Positions 7,879 to 17,006 of a stretch of DNA of 44,572 bases are shown here, piece after piece (within the stretch, counting starts at the first letter, position 1; each line of letters begins with the position of its first letter). Below the pieces are notes generated by a model, which was given only the letters and a program-made list of their open reading frames with translations, had not been told where the DNA came from and made no database searches. Source of the stretch: Chlorobium sp. (GTDB taxonomy: Bacteria; Bacteroidota; Chlorobiia; Chlorobiales; Chlorobiaceae); contig JANQFD010000055.1 of the NCBI GenBank assembly GCA_028278005.1, positions 1 to 44,572 on the forward strand. The letters run 5' to 3'. The translations under genes were made by a program, and so were the position numbers.

Positions 7879-10800
7879 ATGAGAGAGGGTATTGCGGGAG
7901 TTCTTGCAAAGCTGTTCATCAACTCGAAGCTGACACCGTTGCTGATGATCACGGCACTTCTTGTGGGCGTGCTGGCAACCTTTATGACACCTCGCGAAGA
8001 GGAACCGCAGATTTCCGTTCCGCTTGTGGACCTCTACTTCAGCTATCCGGGAGGAAGCGCGAAAGAAGTTAAAGAGCGGGTTGCAAAGCCTGTGGAGAAG
8101 TACCTGACGGAAATCGAAGGTGTGGATTATGTCTATTCGACTTCACAAAAAGATTTTGCTCTGGTGACCGTTCGTTACAACGTAGGTGACGATACGGAGG
8201 AGAGCATGGTGAAGCTGTGGGCCACCATTATGAAGAACATGGACAGGATGCCCGCAGGTATGCAGATGCCTCTGGTCAAGAAAGTGACGATTGACGATGT
8301 CCCCGCCCTGACGCTTACGTTCTGGAGTGACAGCTATGGTCCCTATCAGCTGAGGAGAGTTGCCGGCCAGGTTGCCGATGAACTCAAGAAAATTGAGAAT
8401 ATCGGTGATGTAAACCTGAACGGCGGATTGAAACGCCAGCTCAGGGTCGTACTCGACACACAAAAGCTTGCCCGCTACCGGATCACCCCGCTGCAGATAG
8501 CCCGGCAGATACGGTCGGCAAACAGCCAGTTGACGGCGGGAACATTTCAGCAGATGAATCGCGAATTCACGGTTAAAACCGGCAAGTTTCTTAAGACAGC
8601 CGAAGATGTAAGGAATGTTGTTGTCGGTATTTACAATTCAGGAGCGGTATACCTCAAGGATGTGGCCGAAGTTATCGACGGTCCTGAAGAGGTTGAGAAT
8701 TACACATTTTTCGGTTACGGGGCCGCATCGCATGACGTTGCCATGCAGGGTGAATATCCGGCCGTGACGCTCACGGTTGCAAAACGCAAAGGAACTGATG
8801 CTACTGCGCTTGCAAACAAGGTTATTGCAAAAGTCGAGACGCTCAAGGGTTCGGTTATCACATCAGGTATAAACGTGACCGAAACAAGAAATTATGGGGA
8901 AACCGCTTCGGAGAAGGTGTTTACCCTGCTCGAACATCTTATCGGTGCCGTTGTGGCGGTTACCATCGTTGTTGGTCTTTTCCTTGGCTGGCGGGGCGGT
9001 CTGGTGGTGTTTGCCTCGGTGCCCATAACGTTTGCGTTGACGCTGCTTGTCTACTACCTGTTTGACTATACCCTGAACAGGGTGACGCTTTTCGCCCTTA
9101 TTTTTGTTACCGGCATAGTCGTAGACGACTCGATTATCATCGCGGAAAACATTCACCGGCATTTTTCGATGCGGAGGATGCCGAAAATGCAGGCAGCCAT
9201 CACGGCAATCAATGAGGTGGGAAATCCTACGATTCTCGCGACGTTTACGGTGATAGCGTCTGTCCTGCCGATGGTGTTTGTTTCCGGTCTTATGGGGCCG
9301 TACATGAGCCCTATGCCTATCGGGGCGTCGCTTGCCATGATCTTTTCGCTCTTTGTTGCGCTTATCGGCACACCATGGCTTGCGTTCCGGTTACTCAAGG
9401 CAGAGGGGGGAGGAGAGCATTCGGAGGAATACGATATCAGAAAGTCAATCTACTACAAGGTATACAGCAAAACGCTTGCGCCGCTCCTTGTCAGCTGGTG
9501 GAAAGCAGCTCTTGCCTTTCTGTTTGTCGGGCTGCTGCTGCTTGGTTCAATCAGCATGATTCCGCTGAAAATGGTCGAGCTCAAGATGCTGCCGTTCGAT
9601 AACAAGTGCGAATTTCAGGTAATCGTGGACATGCCGCAAGGTACAACACTCGAGCAGACGGCAAGGGTGAGCAAGGATATCGTTACCTATCTCAGGACCG
9701 TCCCGGAAGTGGAAAACTATCAATACTATGTCGGTACGCACGCACCGATAAATTTCAACGGTCTTGTGCGCCACTACTACCTCCGGCAGAGCGACAATAT
9801 GGCCGATATCCAGGTTAACCTCGTGCACAAGAGCGAGCGGGGTGACCAGAGTCACGATATCGCAAAGCGGGTAAGGCCGAAGGTACATGAGATTGCTGCG
9901 AAATACGGTGCGAACGCAAAGGTTGTGGAAGTGCCTCCGGGCCCGCCGGTGCTTTCGACAATTGTCGCCGAAATTTACGGCCCGGACATGGAGCAGCAGA
10001 TTGCGCTTGCCCGTCAGATAAAATCGGTCATGGAAGAGACGCCGGGTGTTGTGGATGTAGACTGGATGGTCGAAGACGACCAGAAGGTATACACCATGGT
10101 GATCGACAAGCAGAAAGCCGCGTTCAGGGGGATTACCACCGAGCAGATCACCAATACGCTCCGCATGGCGCTTGGGGGAGTCGATGCCGGGCTTCTGCAT
10201 AATGATACAGAGCTCGAGCCGGTCGGTATCGAGCTGCGTCTTCCGATTTCTTCGAGAGCATCGATCCTTGACCTGTCGGAAATTTTTGTCAAATCTCAGG
10301 GGATGGGCTCACTGACAACCCGATTGCCTGCCGGTGAAATGATCCCGCTCTCCGAGCTTGTTTCCATCGAGGAAACCATCGAGGACAAGAGTATCTATCG
10401 TAAAGACCTGAAAAATGTGGTCTATGTAACGGCAGATGTTGCAGGTGTTACCGAAAGTCCGGTCTATGCCATGCTCGAGATGGATGAAAAGATCAAGAAG
10501 CTTAAAACGCCGGGAGGTTACACGATTTCTCCGCTCTATACAGCACCGCCCTTCAGTGAAGAAAAACTCTCAATGAAGTGGGATGGTGAATGGCAGATAA
10601 CGTTCGAAGTGTTCAGGGACCTGGGAACGGCATTTGCCGTCGTGCTTGTGATCATCTATCTTCTCATTGTAGGCTGGTTCCAATCATTCAGAACTCCGCT
10701 GGTGATGATGGTAGCTATTCCGCTCAGCCTCGTGGGGATTATTCCCGGCCATTTCATTCACGGGGCGTTCTTTACTGCGACGAGCATGATCGGCATGATT

Positions 10801-11094
10801 GCTCTTGCCGGTATCATGGTGAGAAACTCTGTGTTGATCATTGACTTCATACAGTTGCGTGTTCAGGAAGGGGTTGCTTTGAAAGAGGCCGTGATCGAAT
10901 CTGCTGCTGTAAGGACACGGCCGATCCTTTTAACTGCGGGTACGGTGGTTATCGGTGCGATTGTGATTCTGTTTGATCCGATCTTCCAGGGACTTGCAAT
11001 TTCGCTGATGTGGGGAGCGATCCTTTCGACCATACTGACACTTGGCGTGGTTCCGCTGACCTATTATCTCGTTGAGAAGAAAAAGATTGTATAA
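7879..11094 (+). CDS. RND efflux permease (AcrB/AcrD/AcrF family)
   Basis: About 1070 aa; PREEEPQI, GIVVDDSIIIAENI, GIMVRNSVLIIDF and RTRPILLT motifs; GGAGG 9 nt before ATG 7879. Confidence 0.95.
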   Translation: MREGIAGVLAKLFINSKLTPLLMITALLVGVLATFMTPREEEPQISVPLVDLYFSYPGGSAKEVKERVAKPVEKYLTEIEGVDYVYSTSQKDFALVTVRYNVGDDTEESMVKLWATIMKNMDRMPAGMQMPLVKKVTIDDVPALTLTFWSDSYGPYQLRRVAGQVADELKKIENIGDVNLNGGLKRQLRVVLDTQKLARYRITPLQIARQIRSANSQLTAGTFQQMNREFTVKTGKFLKTAEDVRNVVVGIYNSGAVYLKDVAEVIDGPEEVENYTFFGYGAASHDVAMQGEYPAVTLTVAKRKGTDATALANKVIAKVETLKGSVITSGINVTETRNYGETASEKVFTLLEHLIGAVVAVTIVVGLFLGWRGGLVVFASVPITFALTLLVYYLFDYTLNRVTLFALIFVTGIVVDDSIIIAENIHRHFSMRRMPKMQAAITAINEVGNPTILATFTVIASVLPMVFVSGLMGPYMSPMPIGASLAMIFSLFVALIGTPWLAFRLLKAEGGGEHSEEYDIRKSIYYKVYSKTLAPLLVSWWKAALAFLFVGLLLLGSISMIPLKMVELKMLPFDNKCEFQVIVDMPQGTTLEQTARVSKDIVTYLRTVPEVENYQYYVGTHAPINFNGLVRHYYLRQSDNMADIQVNLVHKSERGDQSHDIAKRVRPKVHEIAAKYGANAKVVEVPPGPPVLSTIVAEIYGPDMEQQIALARQIKSVMEETPGVVDVDWMVEDDQKVYTMVIDKQKAAFRGITTEQITNTLRMALGGVDAGLLHNDTELEPVGIELRLPISSRASILDLSEIFVKSQGMGSLTTRLPAGEMIPLSELVSIEETIEDKSIYRKDLKNVVYVTADVAGVTESPVYAMLEMDEKIKKLKTPGGYTISPLYTAPPFSEEKLSMKWDGEWQITFEVFRDLGTAFAVVLVIIYLLIVGWFQSFRTPLVMMVAIPLSLVGIIPGHFIHGAFFTATSMIGMIALAGIMVRNSVLIIDFIQLRVQEGVALKEAVIESAAVRTRPILLTAGTVVIGAIVILFDPIFQGLAISLMWGAILSTILTLGVVPLTYYLVEKKKIV

Positions 11095-11114
11095 ATTATT
11101 ATCTGCTTAAGACA

Positions 11115-11420
11115 ATGAAATTTCTTGCGATCATGGGGCATGAGGAGACCCGACCCCAGGTTCGGGATCTTTTCAAAAGGTTTGAAGTATTGATGTTCAG
11201 CAACATGTCGATAAAGGGGTGTTACTGTGACAAAGGGATCACCGGCCAGGCAAACTGGCCGATAGACAAGGGAGTAGGTTCTTATTCGTCTCTCTGCTTT
11301 GCGATTGTTGAAGATGACAAGGCAGAGCAGATTATTGCCGAACTTGAAAACAAGCCCATTGCCGTCGAGCCTGAGTTTCCTGCAAGGGCTTTCTTGATGA
11401 ATGTTGAAAAAATGGTTTGA
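11115..11420 (+). CDS. P-II-like (GlnB-fold) small protein
   Basis: 101 aa with an alternating beta/alpha pattern and ending [11 protein letters not shown], like P-II-like proteins that follow RND genes; carries GCYC. Confidence 0.55.
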   Translation: MKFLAIMGHEETRPQVRDLFKRFEVLMFSNMSIKGCYCDKGITGQANWPIDKGVGSYSSLCFAIVEDDKAEQIIAELENKPIAVEPEFPARAFLMNVEKMV

Positions 11421-11424
11421 TGTC

Positions 11425-12066
11425 ATGTACCTGAAACAGTTCCGCACGGGAGGTGACCGAAATTTCGGATACCTGGCTGCCGACAAAGAAAGCAAACAGG
11501 CATTCGTTGTCGATCCATCAAACAATCCGGCAATGATCGTCGATGATGCCCGTGAGCAGGGGCTCACCATTCGTTATGTCTTTTGTACCCACGGCCATTA
11601 CGATCATACAAGCGGCAATGAAGAGATCGCACGCTTGACCGGAATTGTCCCTTTGCTCTACGGAGCTGTTTGCCGGGTAACGGGTATAAGAGTGGAGGAC
11701 GGCGCGGTTTTTCCTCTTGGAAACCTCGATGTACGGATCATCCATACGCCCGGCCATACGCCTGATTCAATTTGCCTGCATGCAGGCGATGCGCTCTTTA
11801 CCGGCGACACGCTTTTTGTCGGTAAAGTCGGCGGTACCGATCTTGGAGAGCAGGCTGAAGAAGAGTACCGATCGCTCCATGAAAAACTCATGGTCCTTCC
11901 TGAAAATACAAGAGTGTTCCCCGGGCATGATTACGGAACAGCCGCGCAATCGACCATCGGCGAAGAAAAACGCGGCAATCCTTTTCTGATTCAGCCGGAT
12001 CTCGAAGCGTTCATCGACCTGAAGAGAAACTGGGCGGCGTATAAGAAGGCACACGGGATAGCGTAA
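11425..12066 (+). CDS. Metallo-beta-lactamase-fold hydrolase (glyoxalase II / persulfide dioxygenase-like)
   Basis: [27 protein letters not shown] and [13 protein letters not shown] motifs. Confidence 0.9.
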   Translation: MYLKQFRTGGDRNFGYLAADKESKQAFVVDPSNNPAMIVDDAREQGLTIRYVFCTHGHYDHTSGNEEIARLTGIVPLLYGAVCRVTGIRVEDGAVFPLGNLDVRIIHTPGHTPDSICLHAGDALFTGDTLFVGKVGGTDLGEQAEEEYRSLHEKLMVLPENTRVFPGHDYGTAAQSTIGEEKRGNPFLIQPDLEAFIDLKRNWAAYKKAHGIA

Positions 12067-12068
12067 AT

Positions 12069-12225
12069 CAGTCGGCAGTATGCAGTCTTCAGTCAGCAGG
12101 CCAGTGTGGAAGAAAATAAAGACAAGCATACCGGCGATAAAAAAATACGATGATGAACGTGTAACAATTTGGCCTGATAGTTCAGGTCTCCGGTTGCCTA
12201 CTGCCAACTGCCTACTGAAGACTGA
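12069..12225. repeat. Inverted pair of 7-bp tandem repeat arrays (CAGTnnn)
   Basis: CAGTCGG CAGTATG CAGTCTT CAGTCAG from 12069, and complementary CCTACTG CCAACTG CCTACTG AAGACTG at 12197-12224. Confidence 0.8.
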
Positions 12226-12412
12226 TCCCCTCCTCTTTTCTCCCCTTCCCGATTGTGACGTTTTGGAATTTTTTTGTACATTTTCTGCTCATGCCCGTTT
12301 CGGGAGGAGTAATCTCTGCCTTTTTTATAGCATTCGTGTATAAGCATTCGTTTATATACTTATAGTGTTAACCGGAGAATCATATATCCTTACTAACCAG
12401 AGACTTATCGAT

Positions 12413-12859
12413 ATGGACCAGCTTGTTAAATTGCGTACCCAACCTGTTTCTGCACTGATGCAGAAGGACTTTCATACCATTAAGGGCAGTTGCACGGTTG
12501 CCGAGGCAATTCAGTTAATGAAGAAAGACAACCAGAGCGGACTTATTGTAGAACCAAGGAATGAGGATGACTGTTACGGTGTTGTGACCGAAAAAGATAT
12601 TCTTGAGAAAGTGATAGATCCCGGGGAGGATATTCATCGCGATCCATGGAACACTCCAGTTTTCCAGATCATGAGCAAGCCGGTTATCAGCATCAATCCC
12701 AGTCTCAGGATCAAATATGCATTGCGGCTCATGAAGAGAACCAATGTTCGTCGTCTGACTGTCATGGACCATGACAAGGTTGTCGGTGTGCTCAACATGA
12801 GCGATGTCCTCCATGCCGTTGAGGAATTGCCGGCCCATGATGACAATGTTGCATTGTAA
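12413..12859 (+). CDS. CBS domain pair protein
   Basis: [28 protein letters not shown] and [11 protein letters not shown]: two CBS motifs. Confidence 0.9.
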   Translation: MDQLVKLRTQPVSALMQKDFHTIKGSCTVAEAIQLMKKDNQSGLIVEPRNEDDCYGVVTEKDILEKVIDPGEDIHRDPWNTPVFQIMSKPVISINPSLRIKYALRLMKRTNVRRLTVMDHDKVVGVLNMSDVLHAVEELPAHDDNVAL

Positions 12860-12987
12860 CCTGCCGTAGTAGTTTGATTTCGCTTCTTTTAACGTATTTG
12901 TGATTCATAGAAAGACGGGCCTGGCGATTGCCGGCCCGCATAACCACTGAAGCTGCGGGCGCAGTTCAGAGAAGGAGATTTAACTGT

Positions 12988-14691
12988 ATGAAGCCATTTG
13001 ATATAGTTGTCGTAGGCGGCGGCGGTTCAGGTTTGTATGCGGCCATGGAAGCCATGAAAACCAATCCTTCGCTTAATATAGCAGTGCTTTCCAAGGTCTA
13101 TCCAAACCGTTCGCACACGTCTGCAGCACAGGGTGGTGCTAACGCTGCACTGGCAAACAAGGCAAAGGATGATACGGTGGACATGCATATTTTTGACACG
13201 ATCAAGGGCAGCGACTACCTGGCTGATCAGGATGCAGTTGAGGTATTGTGTTCGGAGGCACCGAAGATTATCCGGGAACTTGACAACATCGGAACGCCGT
13301 GGTCCAGAATGGAAGACAAGACCATTGCACAGCGGCCTTTTGGCGGCGCCGGCAGGCCACGCTGCTGTTACTGTGCCGACAAGACAGGTCACACTATTCT
13401 GCAGAGTCTCTATGAGCAGTGCCTCAAGAAAGGTGTTTTCTTTTTCAACGAATACTTTGTGCTGAATCTTGCTACGAGCGGCAGCCGTTTAAAAGGATTG
13501 ATTGCCATGAACATGCGAACCGGAAAGGTCGAGGCATTTCCGGCAAGGACGGTTATCCTGGCAACGGGAGGATATGCAAAGATGTACTGGAACCGCTCCA
13601 GCAATGCGGCAGGCAATACCGGAGACGGTCAGGCTATCGCTTATCGCGCGGGTATTCCGCTCAAGGATATGGAGTTCGTACAGTTTCATCCGACCGGCCT
13701 CAGAAAGAGCGGTCTGCTGGTAACCGAAGGTGCGAGGGGTGAAGGCGGTTATCTGGTCAACAAGGATGGCGACCGCTTCATGAACAAATATGCACCGGAG
13801 AAAATGGAGCTCGGACCACGTGATCTTGTTTCACGTTCCATTGAAACCGAGATCCTTGAGGGTAGGGGATTTGACAGCCCGGCAGGGCCATATATGCATC
13901 TTGACCTGACACATCTCGGCGCGGACATCATCAAGTCAAGACTTCCGCAGATCCGCGAAATGTCCATGTATTTCGAGGGAGTCGATCCGATCGATGAACC
14001 GATTCCCATCAGACCCACAGCGCATTACTCCATGGGAGGAATAGATACCGATATTGCCGGACGAACGGTTATGGACGGCGTGTATGCAGCAGGTGAAGCT
14101 GCATGTGTTTCGGTGCACGGGGCAAACCGCCTTGGCGGTAACTCTTTGCTGGATATTCTTGTTTTCGGAAGAATTACCGGTCACACGGTGGCGGAAGAGG
14201 CCCGGAAGTTCGAGCCGGCCGAAATCTCCCCCGCGGAACTCAAGGCGACGGAAGAAGAACTGAGGGAGTATATGAAGCCATCCGGTCATTATGAACGTTA
14301 CGGAGCACTTCGTGAAGAGCTGGGACATACCCTTGGTCAAAATGTCGGGATTTTCAGGGAAGCATCTAAAATAAAGAAAGGCATTTCGGACATAAACGAG
14401 CTTCAGGAACGCTTCAAGCATGTACGTGTTTTCGACACCAGTGATGTTTTCAACACGAACCTTATGCAGGTTCTTGAATTGAAAAACATGCTGGATCTTT
14501 CGGAAACGGTCGCTGCCGGTGCTTTTGCCAGGGAGGAAAGCCGAGGATCGCATACCAGAACGGATTTTCCAAAGCGTGATGATGAAAACTGGCACAAACA
14601 TACGACATATACCCGTATTGACGGTAAACCGCAGATCGGCGAAAAACCGGTCACCATGGGTAAGCATGAGCTGCAGGAAAGAACTTATTAA
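12988..14691 (+). CDS. sdhA: Succinate dehydrogenase/fumarate reductase flavoprotein
   Basis: GGGGSG FAD loop, SHTSAAQGG, QFHPTG, TEGARGEGG, HGANRLGGNSL and REESRG; SD GAAGGAG upstream. Confidence 0.95.
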   Translation: MKPFDIVVVGGGGSGLYAAMEAMKTNPSLNIAVLSKVYPNRSHTSAAQGGANAALANKAKDDTVDMHIFDTIKGSDYLADQDAVEVLCSEAPKIIRELDNIGTPWSRMEDKTIAQRPFGGAGRPRCCYCADKTGHTILQSLYEQCLKKGVFFFNEYFVLNLATSGSRLKGLIAMNMRTGKVEAFPARTVILATGGYAKMYWNRSSNAAGNTGDGQAIAYRAGIPLKDMEFVQFHPTGLRKSGLLVTEGARGEGGYLVNKDGDRFMNKYAPEKMELGPRDLVSRSIETEILEGRGFDSPAGPYMHLDLTHLGADIIKSRLPQIREMSMYFEGVDPIDEPIPIRPTAHYSMGGIDTDIAGRTVMDGVYAAGEAACVSVHGANRLGGNSLLDILVFGRITGHTVAEEARKFEPAEISPAELKATEEELREYMKPSGHYERYGALREELGHTLGQNVGIFREASKIKKGISDINELQERFKHVRVFDTSDVFNTNLMQVLELKNMLDLSETVAAGAFAREESRGSHTRTDFPKRDDENWHKHTTYTRIDGKPQIGEKPVTMGKHELQERTY

Positions 14692-14768
14692 ATCTTCAGG
14701 TCAGGGTGATGACTTCGTCTATGAAGTGACATTACTCTGTCCGGACAACATTCAGCGGGACGGAATTT

Positions 14769-15803
14769 ATGGCAGAGCATAAAGAAGAGATGAGGGATAT
14801 AACCTTCAGGATTAACCGGTTCAATCCTCAGGTAGACAACAAGCCCTACTTTGACGATTACACCATTCCGGTTGAAAGGGGTATTACCGTTCTCAGGGCC
14901 TTGAACTATATCAAGGAGCATGTGGATGCAACCGTGAGCTTCAGGGCCTTCTGTCAGGCAGGTATTTGCGGTTCATGCGGTATGAGAATCAACGGGATGT
15001 CGAAACTTGCCTGCACTACCCAGGTATGGGATGAACTGGATAGGTGCAAGGTTGACAATGTCATCAAGATCGAGCCCCTGAGAAACATGCCGCTTATCAA
15101 GGATCTTATTGTCGATATGGACCCGATGGTGGATAAAATGAAGAAATACTCCAACTGGGTCGAATCGATCATGCCCGAAGAGAAAATGGGGGAAAAAGAG
15201 TTTCTCATCGCCGAGGAGGAATTTCAGGAGTATGACAAGGCGACCGATTGTATTCTTTGTGCTTCATGTATGTCCGAGTGTTCAATTTTACGGGCACATA
15301 AGGAATATGTCGGGCCCGCGGTTCTTCTGAAATCGCACAGGATGAATGTTGACAGCCGGGACGGGGCGCACAACATGCGTATCGGAGAACTTGTCAAGGA
15401 TCACGGTGTTTGGGATTGTACGCATTGTTACCGCTGTCAGGAAGCCTGTGTGAAGAGCATTCCTATAATGGACGGTATTCATGGCGTGCGTGAAGACGCA
15501 CTCATTTCCCGAGGCGTAAAAGATACAAGCGGAGCAAAACACGCCGAAGCATTTATGGAGGATCTTCCGAAAAAAGGAAAACTTATCGAGGCAACGCTGC
15601 CGATCAGAACCAACGGTGTGGGATGGACTCTGAAAAACCTGCTGCCGATGGCATTTAAGATGATCCTGAAGCGCAGGACGCCTCCTCCTCCGCCATTGGT
15701 CAAGCCTGCCAAGGGGATCAAGAAATTCCGTGAGGAATTCAATGAGATGAGCGACCATGTCAAGCGTGATCGAAAGGAGCAAAAAAATAAATCAGGAGAA
15801 TAG
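14769..15803 (+). CDS. sdhB: Succinate dehydrogenase/fumarate reductase Fe-S subunit
   Basis: CQAGICGSC, CILCASCMSEC and CTHCYRCQEAC cluster motifs. Confidence 0.95.
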   Translation: MAEHKEEMRDITFRINRFNPQVDNKPYFDDYTIPVERGITVLRALNYIKEHVDATVSFRAFCQAGICGSCGMRINGMSKLACTTQVWDELDRCKVDNVIKIEPLRNMPLIKDLIVDMDPMVDKMKKYSNWVESIMPEEKMGEKEFLIAEEEFQEYDKATDCILCASCMSECSILRAHKEYVGPAVLLKSHRMNVDSRDGAHNMRIGELVKDHGVWDCTHCYRCQEACVKSIPIMDGIHGVREDALISRGVKDTSGAKHAEAFMEDLPKKGKLIEATLPIRTNGVGWTLKNLLPMAFKMILKRRTPPPPPLVKPAKGIKKFREEFNEMSDHVKRDRKEQKNKSGE

Positions 15804-15807
15804 CAGT

Positions 15808-16656
15808 ATGAAGCGATACGCATATTATCTCAGCTGCATCAATGAGTCCATGACCAAAGAGGTTGATAAATCCATTGAACTATGGCAGAATGACCTTGAG
15901 ATAGACTTTGTCAAACTGCACGAGAGCACCTGTTGCGGTGGTAGTAACCTCGATTATGTCAGTCCGAAGCATTTTGCACTGGTGAACGGCAGGAACATCG
16001 CTTTGGCTGAAAAGCTCGGACTTGATCTGGTGACATCCTGTAATACCTGTTTATTGACTATCAGAAGTGCGAAACAGAAACTGGACGAGTCTGAAGCGCT
16101 CCGTGACGAGGTTAACGGAATTCTGAAAAAAGAGGGACTCGAATACAAGGGGACATCTGAAGTGCGTCATCTGCTCTGGGTGCTGAACGAGGACGTCGGT
16201 CTCGATACAATCGCCAACAAGGTCAAGGTTCCCCTGAAAAACTACAAGATCGCGCCGTTTTACGGGTGCCACATTCTGCGGCCATCCAACATTCTCGGCA
16301 AGGACGATCCTCTTGAACCTACTTCACTGGACAAGCTGATCGAAGCCCTTGGCGGAAAGGTGGTTTCTTTCGAGCATAAGAACAAATGCTGTGGTTTCCA
16401 TACGCTTCTTGTTGCCGAGGAAGAATCGCTGAATGTCGCAGCCGAAGCGCTCGGCGAGGCAATCGATTCAAGTGCCGATTTCATTGTAACTCCTTGTCCG
16501 CTTTGCCATACCGTACTCGACAGTTATCAGGCAAAGGCTCTGAAGCGGGCAAACATCAAAAAGTCCATTCCGGTTTTTCATCTCTCTGAAATGATCGGCC
16601 TTGCGCTGGGGTATACCCACAGGCAGTTGGGGATAAAGCGCCATATTGTGACGTAA
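15808..16656 (+). CDS. CCG-domain HdrB-like subunit (type E SDH/FRD anchor)
   Basis: TCCGG, SCNTC, GCH, KCCG and PCPLC: two CCG domains; follows sdhB. Confidence 0.88.
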   Translation: MKRYAYYLSCINESMTKEVDKSIELWQNDLEIDFVKLHESTCCGGSNLDYVSPKHFALVNGRNIALAEKLGLDLVTSCNTCLLTIRSAKQKLDESEALRDEVNGILKKEGLEYKGTSEVRHLLWVLNEDVGLDTIANKVKVPLKNYKIAPFYGCHILRPSNILGKDDPLEPTSLDKLIEALGGKVVSFEHKNKCCGFHTLLVAEEESLNVAAEALGEAIDSSADFIVTPCPLCHTVLDSYQAKALKRANIKKSIPVFHLSEMIGLALGYTHRQLGIKRHIVT

Positions 16657-16837
16657 CTACACCTTTATTAATGTATTGCGCGCCATGATTGCTTCGCTGT
16701 CCCGACCTGTCAGGATCGAAATCCTCATGTCCCGGCAAGTCGGGACACCCCGGTTTTAAAGTTTATCCCGATTTTATCGGGACTCCGTTCGCCTCGTACT
16801 CAACTCGCGCTCTCATAGACAATTAATAGAGGTGATT
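16657..16837. mobile_element. MITE copy 1 (degenerate ends)
   Basis: CACCTTTATTAAT...ATTAATAGAGGTG ends; interior collinear with the 20008-20184 element (gatcgaaatcctcatgtccc, ccggtttt, tttatcccgatt, ctccgttcgcct). Confidence 0.82.
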
Positions 16838-17006
16838 GTGGCTCTCAGTGATCGTCACTCTGATGGCCGGTTAGTTATAAACGGGTGGTTTTCAAAAACG
16901 CACAAAAAAGCGTAGCTTAGCACTTTCTTGGATGGCTCTCACCTGGGAAATTTGACGGCAGGTGGGCAGCGTTTTTTTATAACTTGTTTAAATTTTGCAT
17001 TGCAGC

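Noticed and set aside
12106-12195. Faint DER..FGLI.Q resemblance to a four-helix-bundle protein in the spacer
   Set aside because: Needs frameshifts and covers only a few residues; too weak to call a pseudogene.
13936-14667. Long antisense ORFs over sdhA (also over the RND gene, plsC, dapF, bchQ and cinA)
   Set aside because: Fully overlap well-supported genes on the opposite strand; no domain signal.
14707-14735. Weak hairpin between sdhA and sdhB
   Set aside because: Short, bulged and without a U-tail; could arise by chance.
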